Positions 11,901-23,900 of a stretch of 64,000 nt of DNA are shown in pieces. Origin of the DNA: Laetmonice hystrix. Lineage: Eukaryota. Below the pieces are notes generated by a model. The model was not told where the DNA came from and did not search any database. It saw nothing but the letters and a program-made list of their open reading frames with translations. How positions within the stretch are numbered: position 1 is the stretch's first letter; each line of letters opens with the position of its first letter. The DNA lies in NCBI GenBank assembly GCA_965235115.1, contig OZ249436.1:39372001-39436000 (forward strand), read 5' to 3'. A program made the position numbers and the translations under genes.

Positions 11901-14900
11901 AGGCCAGCCTCGGTCTGATCTTCTCTACCTCAGGTTCCTGGTGTGCGGCTTTAGACGATCAGACGCCATACATACAGGTTACCAAATCAAATTACTGTTC
12001 ATTACCTGCTGGAAACTGAAATATATCTTTCATTGGCAAAGAAAAATAGTTATATGTTTCTGGATAAATGTTCAGAAATTATGGTTTGTTACTGTATTTA
12101 ACAAAACTATATTCTTTATTTCTCTTTATTTCTAGGTATAGGTTTGAATTATACGGGAGAAACTTTTCCTTATATAGCACCATGATATTATCAAAGAACG
12201 GCGCGTCTACGTTCCGAATACCCGCTGTAAATCAAAGACTAACACAGGAGTTGTAGAATTTTATAAACACAAAAAACATTCAAGAACGGAAGGCATCCCT
12301 TTTGTTATCCAGGTGGATTTTCTAGTGACCCGGTCTGTGCAGGCTGTTTGGACCCAAGGTACATATATAAATCGTGTACTTAGTATGGTTACCAGGTTCG
12401 TACTCCAGCATGGAGTACGCAACGATCAACTCGTAGGATACGGGGAAAATGGAGCGACAAAGGTTAGTCCTTCTTATACAGGTTTAGATATGGAATGTAA
12501 CTTTCGTCACAAAACATCAACTCAAAACTAAGTAAAGAGTACAGGTAAAACGAAAGAACAAACCATGGTTTCTTCTCACGGGATTGTTCTTTCAGATTTT
12601 TGAAGCTGGATCTGATCCATCAGTGCCCGTCCGTCATGAACTCACATACGGAATCATCGCCCGTTACCTTCGTATAACGGTTCAAGCTTGGTCTGGTCGT
12701 CCCTGTCTGAGACTGAAGGTCTTCGGGTGTAAAACGGGAAAGGGTAGGAATCAACGAGTCATAGTAAGTGTAAGATGGTGGCACCATTGGCTCATAGAAG
12801 TTGGGGGCCTACTTTGTTTTACTCTCTGCTTTCAGTGAACATTGCCCAGAACCAGGTGACAATGCCCTCGAGTCCTCGCCTGACGGACGGCTGGCGAGGC
12901 ACGTGCTGGGCCCCTAGTGTTCAGGACAAGGCGTCGGTCCGTGTTTCGTTGACACAGTTATTCACCGTCACAGATATTAGGGTGTGGCTGCAGGAAGGAC
13001 AAGGTAAAATGAGTAACAAAATTAGGGGAGGGAAAATCAAAACAACTCATGGCATATAATTGTGAATACGTATTGAATTCCACCTGTAGAGGTAGTCGTA
13101 AGTGTATCGCAAACTTTGTGCTCCAGACATGTCCCAGTTGGTGGTGAGTGTGTGGGTGACCTCAGGTCATACCACCTCCCCAGATGACCTCAGTCAGTGG
13201 ACCCTCTGTGTCCGTGGTAGCGTTCCCCGACCCAACGCCCGTATCCTTGGCCTCCGTTGTGCCGAGGGAGTAGTTGGAAATCTGGTGATGCTCCGCTACG
13301 ACACAGAACACAACGCCAAACTCTGCGAGGTGGAACTGTTTGGAAGCGTTCTCAAAGCAGGTGAAACCTTTTAGAAAGATATTATTTTAGGAAATATATG
13401 GTTACAACAAAATGGAGAAAGAGACTTTGTTCACCATGATCATAATATTATAAATATATAATGTTTCGTACATTGTTCCCAGGCTTCCCAGGCAATGAAA
13501 ATCCCATCAGTAAATATATTGAATCTGTGGATGTTCTGTAATATATTTAACACATATTACACGACGGAGTAGGATATGAATGTTATCAATTCCAAAGTGA
13601 CGACCCGTGAAGTTGGTGGAGGAAGGATCGAAATATCCTGCCCAGCCGAGCACGCAGTGGAACCGTTGGAAATACGGACTTCTGTCGGTGTGACCACCAC
13701 AGCCTCTCCACCATCAGTGGTCACACCAAGGGATGGCGGGGAGGTGTCGGTCACACGGTTCGTGTACAACCTGCTGCCGCTGTGGTGTCCACAGGGATCA
13801 CAGTCCTGCACCTTCACCCCTCGGCTGGTTCCGACGTCGACGTGGGATGAAATGACGTCTCCTGTCAATGTGACGTTCGGCTGCACTCCATACAAACATT
13901 TCAGTGAGTTCTGCCATTACGAAAGATGCATGCAGTCGGACCTAACATGGGCCACGGAAGATAGATTACTTTTACTGCGAGGCAATTCATCCACACATTG
14001 TAGATTCTAATCTTCAATGTTTTTCTGTTCCTTCAGCCGGTCTTTGCGAGTATGGAATAAATAAGGAAGGGTCCCTGTTACAGTCAGAAACTTACCACCG
14101 TATGGTTGATGCTGGAAGAACTTGCACTTGGCGAATCAATGCTCCACCGGGAAAATATGTTAGACTGGTCGTCAATGAGTTTAGGCTTGCACCGGCCGAG
14201 GATTCATTTATGGTAATCAACTGATTTATAAACGTATGGCCTATACCAATCATCTGCTTGTCTCTGTATATGGTTACTTTAGATTTGCCTTAACTTGTTC
14301 TTTGGGAAGAGTTCAGACTTTTACTTTTACCTGCCAGTTCCTGTAAAGCCTTGGTGTTTTGTTCCAGGACGACTCGTACTTGGTCAATGTCGGGTCTTGT
14401 CGAGATACTCTGACTGTCGGGTATAACATCTCTACCGAGAAGGAGATTGACATGATGCAGGTTACTGGAAAACAGACATTCGTGTCACCAGAGGGAAGCA
14501 TGGTTGTCAGATTGTCGACTTGTTACCGATATTCACAGACAATGTGGGACATTTTAGATATTATGAATATCCAGCTTTCAGATCTAAAACTAGAAGCAAA
14601 TATCGATTTCATAGGTAAGTATACTATGTGCATGTTTTGTAACTCATCAATGGCCTTGGCATATTTCTACAAACTATCTTGTGTAAAGTCCATAAACTAC
14701 AACACGGATGGGTCATAAATGTCAGAAAATTACACCCAACAAATAAGCCGTTCTTCACCTTCATGCAAGTTTTAGAAAAAAGTTCTTTCCTTTCAGATTG
14801 CAATGGGTGCAATGTACGTGTCGACTGGGCTGGCACAGTTCAGTGTGACAAACCTTGCGGGTTGATCATGTCACCAAGTTTTCCAGAGTTTTATAAATCC

Positions 14901-17900
14901 AATCTGAAATGTTTGTGGGAGATAGTCGTATCATCGGACGCCTATGTTCGTCTTACGTTCGTTGAGTTTGATGTGTTTGAGGACAAGTCGGACTCGTGTA
15001 ACCGTGATGCCGTGCAGGTGTATGAAGTAAATCGGGCTGGGGTCCTGGGACAGGTGTTGGGCCGCTATTGTAACTCGTACATGCCTCCAGCTGAGATTGA
15101 AAGTGGCTGGAACCAAATGAGGGTCGAGTTCTTCACGGACAACGAGTTTAGTCGTGGAGGATTCCAAGCTCGATATACAACTGTTAGTTTTGTCTTCGAT
15201 GACAGTCTGGGCCTCAGTACCGGGAATGAAGGTATACATAGGTGATTTCATTATGTAGGAATATCTCTCAAAACTTTACTACTTCCACTTATGAATAACA
15301 ATATTTTATAACTGCTAAATCGATGGTGTGTTTTTTAATACTTATCCAATTAACCTTAACTGTTTTTAAAATACATTATGTATTCGGGCTCTTAATCATC
15401 CTAAAATCAAAGCAACTCATTCTATTATCTTTTACGTAGACTGCATGAATGGCTGGATGCGATACAATGATAGTTGCCTGCGTATCTTTACGTCGGAGGA
15501 GCCCTTATCGTGGTTGTCGGCACACGACCACTGCATCAGAGATGATGCAAATCTTCTCAGCATCCACAGTGAAGAGGAGATGCACTTCATCAATCATATC
15601 TTAGTCACTCAGTATGATGCGGCCAGTCTCTACATAGGTAACGCTGGCCTTAGTTATAGATAAAGCAGACAGTTTCTAGATGAAAAGAAACAAGTGAATA
15701 GGTGTTTCAACTTTGGTTATTGCATGTATAGTCTACTTAGACAGTCTACTTAAGTTTAAGGGTATTGGCACTTTGCAATATTTTTTTTCGCAATACATGC
15801 CTATCCTTTTAACACCAGCACGTCTTCACTCTCTCATCTCAGGCTGCAACTGCAGTTATCCCTCGCAGTTGAAGCCACACTAAATCAACTCTGATGTCCT
15901 CCCTTGGTGATCTTCATCTTTCAGGTCTTACGGACAGAGAAAACGAGGGTGTATTCATTTGGACGGACAGAAGCGCTGTGACATTTACTAATTGGTGAGC
16001 TAAACTTATTGCTTTCTAGTGCATAATACATATCAATGCTTCTTGAACGCCGACATTTTCTTTTTCTAGTCCCATGTATCCTTTAAACGAAGGAGAAAGA
16101 AACGGGGGGAAATATATAACGCACCTCTAATCCACCGAGTTAAACAGTTGGTATTTTTGTGAGTGGCGACATCTATCGGTAAGTGTGTGTTCTGTCTGTG
16201 TGTGGTGTGAAGGCGACACGAGGAGCCGAACGGCGGTGTTATCGAGGACTGCAGTCTGGTGGTCCTGGCGGGCGTACGTCCCCGGCCCAGCTGGCAGGAC
16301 GTGCCCTGTGCCGCCGCCTCCGTCACACATTACGCCTGCTCCTACACTCACACACACGGTAACGGTTTGGTTTGCCTGCTTTAGCTGACTATTTGGATAA
16401 ACATAATGTTTAAAAGGCAGCCGCTTTGTGGGCATGCTGTGTTATTTAAGTCGGATATCCCCTTATAACAATGTCCTTCCACGATTACTGATGCCAAAAT
16501 AGGTCGTCGAAGCAGCTAGGGTTCTCGTGCAATCTTAACGGTTGTATTGAAAAAAATGAAAAGGTAACAAAGATTGATAAGTAAAAAAAACATCAAGGAC
16601 ATCAACAAAAATTGTTTTTAAAAAAGAGGCATTTAAAAACGTACAAAATGATACAAGAAACTGAATGTAGCTTGACCAAGCTGAGTATCGGCGCTCATTG
16701 ATTACAGTGAACACCTCGGCAGGGCTTGATATCGTGGGCCCTCTCCCGTCGGCCGACTGCTTGGGGAGACTGTCTGCCTGTGACGACGGAGTCTGTATAC
16801 AAAACGTCTTGGTGTGTGACGGAGTCAAAGATTGTTTGTCTGGTAGCGACGAGTTGGACTGTGGTATGTGAAAACTGTAGGCCACAAAAAGGAGCAAGGA
16901 CATATTATTTTACAAAGAAGCAAAATGATGAAGAGAGAATAACATGAAAATATATTCCACGTAGGTTACAGACTTCAAAATTATTCTGATACCCTCTGTT
17001 AATGCCAATTCCTAAATCATGTTCTTATTTATGAATACCAGTATCTATTTATAATTTGGCATCACGTTCTTCAGGAGCGGATTGTCCTGAGTTTTCCTAT
17101 CGGTGTGAGAATGGCCAGTGTGTATCGTTCTCGTTTGTTTGCGATGGTAACAACGATTGCGATGATCGGTCAGACGAATTGACATGCGGTAAGTGCCGAC
17201 ATGTCAGATTACCAGGGGGTAACCTGAAGTTAACTTCAAATTACCCCCTGGTAATCTGAAGTTGGTTTCAAAAAGCCCCTCGGTTAGGGTTAAGGTAAGT
17301 TTAGGGTTAGGTCTATTTGAATTAACACGCTAAACATTTTTTATCCAAAGTTTATTTTATGCAACTTGAATCGGGGGGGGGGGGGGTAATTTGAAGTTAA
17401 CTTGAAGTTAACTTCAGATTACCGAGGGGTGTTACAACGGGCCATTGAACCGGAAGCCAAGTCGAATACGGCACCCTCTGATTTGGACGTAGACTCTACT
17501 ATGTACCTAGAATCCATTTCTTTTCCTTTCAGCTCTTTTGTTACCCACATTCCTAGTAAATAGTATTGGGCAAATAGGCTAAATTTCGTTCAAATCATAT
17601 TCATTCCCTTAATTTTCTCAGATTTCCCCACGTGTTCAGAGACAGAGTTCCAGTGTACGAGTAAAGTTTGCATTCCGATGTCGCAAAGATGTGACCTTTT
17701 GAACGACTGTCCAGATGGTTCGGATGAAAAGGACTGCAGTAAGTCACAAAATGCTCCTCTACATTTTTTCGGTTTGTCGTGTATCATGGAGAATAGGATT
17801 TATGTAATAAATTGTCGGCATAGAATAAATACACTAAGTCGTGCTTGACTTTGTGAATTTGGTGATAGGTGTGTGTGCTGCGAACAAGACGATGCAGTGT

Positions 17901-20900
17901 TATGACGGGACGTGTATCGCCGAAGCGCGGGTCTGTGACAGCCAAGCTGACTGTCCCGGGCGAGAGCGCGAGGACGAGTCAGGCTCAGCGTGTAGTCGTT
18001 CCACCCCCAAAACATGTCTCGACTGGCGCATACGAGGATTTGTCGAAAACGGACGCTACATGCTGCAGATGCCTGGAGAGGGTTTTTATCCCATAAAGAA
18101 TTATTTAACAGTATTGAGTAAAACATTAGAAGTCGGTGAAATGTTTTAGGACTAACTGCTCTCTATTTTCCCCCTCATATTACATCGAAATTTTATACTA
18201 GGCTAATTGTTTTGTACTTTTTCCTTTTCCTCTCAGATCTGCAGATTAAAATTCTGCCTTAGAGAAATAAACAAAATTTATTCCTGCATCCTTAAAATAA
18301 CCTTCTCCTGGTGCACCCTAAAAGACAAACAACTCGATTCATCTTTACTGTGTATTTTCCTTGCTATCTCAGAACAAAGTTCGGTTAGCTGTGACATGAC
18401 GAGTGTTCCTGACCACGTGGTTACTGTAATACACCATAACACAGAAACCCGCAATATCAGCTTCCACGGCTTCGAGGCTCCCGCTTCCTACAGACGTAAC
18501 ATCTCCTATTTTGCCTCTTGGAATCTCATCATGACTGTCAGGTAGGCCGTGTAGATAGGTTTAAATGAAAAGGGGGGGGGAATCCATTCCAAAGAAAATG
18601 GAACGTTCAATTGCCATATTAATTTGTTTTTGCGTGCACGATGATTATTCTTGCATTTGAAGCGTATCCAACAGAATTTTAGTGGGCGGACCTGTGATTC
18701 CCAAGTAATTCCGTTTTTTTTTCGACATTTCCGTATTTCAACAGGTCTCTCTCAGTGCGTTGTGAACAGTTCATGGAGATGTTATGTTTTAACGCTGAAA
18801 CGTTTTCGAAGAGTTGGTGGGTTTCTGCGGACGATGAGAAACAGTGGTACCATGGGCGGCCAGGACCATGTCAATGTTGGCTCAACAAATCCTGCTCTGA
18901 GGGCGAATCACGGTAGGTTTATGTTACGCGACGCGTGTGCATGACGGAATCCCATCATAAGTTCATCAGTTACAACGAACCTGGGCCCTGTTTCATAACT
19001 AATAACGCAGCTGCGTTATTAACGCAGATGCGCAAATAGCCTCACTAATAACGCAACGCACTATGCGTTCATAGCGCGCGTTATAAGGGTCTGCACTAAC
19101 TTCCCATTATGAAATATAAAGCTGGCAATTCTACGAAATTATATAACATGGATACTTAAATTGAAAAGTAGGGGAGACCGGGGACAGTTACGCAAATGCT
19201 TATGAAACACTTTAACGCAACGATCGCTATCTTCATTGTTCGCTAATAACGCACTTGTGCGTTATTAGTGTGCATTCGCTGTTAGTTATGAAACAGGGCC
19301 CTGGTTTCATATTCCAGATGGCATGCTGCTGTTCTGGCACGTCTTCCAACATTCAGACTTCTGTCATTGAACAGAGATGCATTGAAATGTCTAAAAGATA
19401 TTTCCGGCTCTGAAATTGTGTGAAAAAAATACTCTGTCCAAACTAAATCTTCCTACTCCCCCCCCCCCCCTTATCCCGATATTCAGACTTAGCCGTCAGG
19501 ACCTTCTCCCGATATATTCAGACTTAGCCGTCCACACCTCCTTTTTTCAGATGTTACTGTTCATCACCGGGTGTTGATATCACGCATGTTGATCGTGGCT
19601 ACTTTGATGAAACCAAGCTACTTCCAATCCGCCAGTTAACGCTTGAGGACACCGGAAGTATAAACGAGCAGGCCTCGTACACCCTTGGACCGTTACGGTG
19701 TTATCACGGTAACACAGGCATTTAGGGGATGATCATAAACCGGTATTCATTAATAAAGGGGGAGTCTAACCTCGAGATCAGAGATAAAATCTCATTGCTG
19801 TGAAGGGCCTTCTCTCTGATGTTAGGCCTATACATAGGCTGGTATGAGAACACCATAGGACAGTCACTTTATCCAGCTTTTTTTCCATCAACAGAGCCAT
19901 GGTCTTGATTTCTTTTCTAATTAAAACGTTTTTTACAGCCTTCTCTAAAGAGGATGCAAGACTACAATGTAAGAGTGGCCAGTCGTACTTACTTAGCGAC
20001 CGATGCCTGTTCCAAACTGATCAATTCGGCGTTCTCCTGGGATGCCGAGACACGACACATCTTGAAGACTGTGGTCAGTAAATCAGTAAATGCAGAACAT
20101 TTTGTTTGGAAAGCACGGCGACAGCTAAAAGTATAGCATTTATTAATAGATCAAGTGGAGAAGAAGGAGTATTACCAAAATATTATTGTATATAATTATT
20201 ATATACCGTATTACAAAGGGCGAACTTGCGGCCTGCATGTAATATAATCGTATTGGCTCATCTCAAAATTCAGGAAACTTACGAGATCTTCCATTCTTGA
20301 TTTTCAGAGAACTTTAACTGCCCTCCATCATTCTACAAATGCCCCCACAGTTTTTGTGTCGCTGCCAGTAAGGTCTGTGATGGGAAGATGAACTGCCCGA
20401 ACGGGGAAGATGAAATAACTTGTGGTTTGTACAATTAATTTGACATTAATCTGATAACCTCTTTAGGAGCACATGGCGTCGTAAAGACCTATCATTGTTA
20501 TCAGGAATTTCCATGTACTCTTCTTGTTCAAACGATCTAAAACTTTATAACTCTGCTTCAGATTCACACACGTGTCCAGGAATGGTGAAATGTCACGGAC
20601 ATCCGAACTGTGTCCCACAGAGCCAGTTGTGTGATGGACAACGACAGTGTCCACAGGGAGACGACGAATGGTTCTGTAATGATATCTGTCCCGACGATTG
20701 TCTGTGCAATGGATTGACGTATTCCTGTGTCAACAAAACCATGTCCTATATCCCCTGGGAACTGACAAAACAAACAAGAAAACTCGATTTTCAAGGCAAT
20801 CGCTTGAATGTGACGACAATAACATTTAACAAATTTCCCAATATGATAGAACTTATACTGTCCAGAAACTCCCTGGTTTCTCTACCACCCGCAGCGTTTG

Positions 20901-23900
20901 CTTCACTCGGGAATCTTCAACTTCTAGACCTGTCTGACAATGACATAAATGTTTTTGTCCAAGGGATGTTTCTTGGATTGGAAAATATACGTAAACTATT
21001 TCTAAATGGAAATCCAATCATGTCAATAGAACCGGGGACCTTTGTAGGTCTCAAAATACTTCCAAATCTAGTCATGACCGGAATGACATTAAATACGATA
21101 AAGATGGGAACGTTCCAAGGTCTCAAGAATTTAGAGTATTTAGATATATCGGGAAACGCAATTGAAACTCTAGAGCCCGATGGCCTACTGGAACTACAAA
21201 GTCTGAAACACCTGAAGATATATAACAATCACCTTCAAACGTTCGAGAAGTCTGACTTCAGTCGTCTGCATCTGTTGGAGACCATGCACGGCGATGACTT
21301 CATGTTTTGTTGTTTTGTTAACATAAAAGATGACAATTGCCTGCCACCCCAGGACGAACTCTCCTCATGCGAGGACCTGATGGAGAATAACATTCTGCGT
21401 AGCTTCCTGTGGATTCTGGGTATGATGGCGCTTTTTGGAAACATTTTCGTCCATGTCTATCGCGGTGCACGTAAAGACCGGGACCGGGTGCCAAGTCTGC
21501 TCATTCGGAACCTTTCCACCTCAGACCTCCTGATGGGAATCTACATGGTGGCAGTGGCGTCCGTTGATTCCTACTATCGGGGTGTCTACATTGAGAATGC
21601 GTCTAGTTGGAAGACGAGCACCCTCTGCCAGGTCCTGGGATGTCTGTCGTCCGTCGCCAGCGAAGCTTCTGTTCTTACCCTGCTCGCCATCACAGTCGAT
21701 CGTCTGATAAATATTTTGTTTCCTCTGTCCCAGCACAAACTGACACCTCGTTCGGCACGCTACGTCATCGCTGCCATTTGGATAACTGCCCTGCTCATCG
21801 GTGCCATCCCCCTCATTCCCGGGCCATACTTTCAAGGTCTTTACTATGCAAGGTCAGGTGTGTGTGTCTCTCTCTACATTACATCTGAAGAAACACCAGG
21901 CTGGGAATTCTCGTTCGCAGTATTTCACGGTCTGAACTTCGTTGTTTTCATTTTTATCTTTGTTGCTTATGGCTACATGTACAACGTCATTAAATCGACA
22001 AGTGCCGTCGGGGCCAACGATCAAAAGAAACGTGAAATGGCAGCTGCGAGAAAAATGACTCTCATCGTAGCGACGGATTTCTGTTGTTGGGTCCCAATCA
22101 ACATTATGGGTACGTTTACCCTGGCCCTGAAAGGCTCTGACAAGTTTAAAATTTGTTGTTATATTCCTTAAATTCCATAAATGTAGTATACATCCTGATT
22201 TGGCATGTATTATCCTGTTGGTAATCTAAAGTTTGGCCTGTTAATGCATGCATATTACGAATAGGTCGATGCACGTGGACCCTCTCCACTGTTTTGGACC
22301 AACCCATCATTACGAATTTTGTAGCAGCAAGAGGGATAACACATTGCACTATAATTGCAGCGACACTTAACTTTTCAATACGGTCTTAATGAATTAGGGG
22401 GCGTAACGCTGAAGTCGTTCTTTAATTTATGGTTATTGTGCATGATTATTACAGGTGCGCTCGCACTCAGCGGATTAAAGATTCCGGGGGAGATATATGC
22501 CTGGACTGTTGTCTTTATCCTTCCTCTGAACTCGGCACTGAACCCCATCCTCTACACTATATCATCTATAGATCTTAGGGTATTTAACTAGGAAATATTT
22601 ACTTTCCTTAAAATTACCTAGAACTATGTCATGCTTATCTTCTTATAAATAAGAGCTTTAGAAAAAACATTCAGGATCGAAATTCTTATGCCTGTCAGTT
22701 TAAGTTCATTATAACTTGGCCCTTTTTAACAGAAGAAGCATGATTTGGATCCCACAACTACTGTTTCCTTGAAGACAGAGAAAACGCTAGGTGAGTACAA
22801 ATGATCGCTTCCGTTTGGCCTACCTGTGGTTTTCAAGCTTCCGTTTGGCCTACCTGTGGTTTTCAACCATATCTTCGACCCTAAACTTACACACGCTTCT
22901 TGTAGGTGACCACGCCAATAAAGTCATGAAACTTGTGTGTATTGAAATATAGGTCTGTATACGGGTATATACTAACCGGCGTGCCATTAAACATTTCAGT
23001 AACGATCTCTTCAAGAGAAGAAGACGGCAAACCGTACACTTTAGACTCCTGGATTCGAACCCCTCGCACCTGCACCACCAGCAATGTATCACATATTGCT
23101 TACCAAATGGCAGCACTTCTTCGAGATTTGCATAGTGACGGATTGTATCTTGGAGAACTTACACCATATTCCGTCTCCTTAACCAAAGGACAGGTAAAAG
23201 AATCTTTTAAAGGTCAAGTGCAAAGGTATCTGAATTCACGCAACTGAATGATGTCCCTAAGAGTTTAATTGCCAATAAAAACGAATCTTGTCCTTATTTA
23301 AGTTAAAACCCAAAATATTTCATAGTTTGAACAGGTTTCTGGTGGCATGTATTCTGATGCGCCGACCTGTGCCGCCTCGGTCGCTCTTCGGGTATTTCCG
23401 TCATGATCACGTGACGTGACGTAATTTGTGTCAAATAGCACAACTCTGGCACATCTAGCCACCATGGCCACCGTCACTAGTCTCACAAACGACTCCGCAG
23501 TTCTACGTCTTGAATACGAATTCTGCAAGATGGTTTATTGTGTGGCACCCAACTGCCAAAACGGGTCTGCTTCGGGGGGTGGCACTGGCTTGTTCACCTT
23601 TCCATCAAACGCTGCTGTACGAAAATTGTGGATTGCCACCCCCGCCCTGTTGGCACTCCACACACAGGCACAACAGACCCACCTGCCCTTGGAGGCTTGG
23701 TTGGGATCATGCTGATCCGCCCGGGGGAGGGGGGGGGGTAACCGGTTAACTGGGGTTGCAACCCCCGGGCCCCGTTACGACGTAATTTTTTCTGCTTCAC
23801 CTTGAAAGGTTTAGGCCTACACAAAACATAGTCATAGGCCTAGCCCTAGGCCTACTCAAGTCTCAACCCCCGTCGCCGATACCAATCTAGGCAGCGTATA

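Noticed and set aside
16150..16212. Conserved intronic stretch with a GTAAGT donor-like site before exon 21, suggesting a micro-exon
   Set aside because: The implied intron is only about 34 nt, and exons 20-21 already join in frame. The conservation is explained by a conversion tract.
17281..17312. TTAGGG runs suggesting interstitial telomere
   Set aside because: Only 2-4 degenerate units, embedded in MITE-like hairpins.
20564..21888. Antisense and alternate-frame ORFs conserved in both paralogs (also 32089-33413)
   Set aside because: They are shadows of the GPCR exon, conserved only because the DNA is nearly identical.
22906..22952. Possible extra exon after the TAG acceptor at 22905
   Set aside because: It reaches an in-frame stop (ATA TAG). 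The acceptor at 22999 gives the frame and size conserved in copy B.
23530..23715. Host THAP-domain gene
   Set aside because: Only half a THAP finger before the frame degenerates, and it lies inside a TTAA-flanked element.
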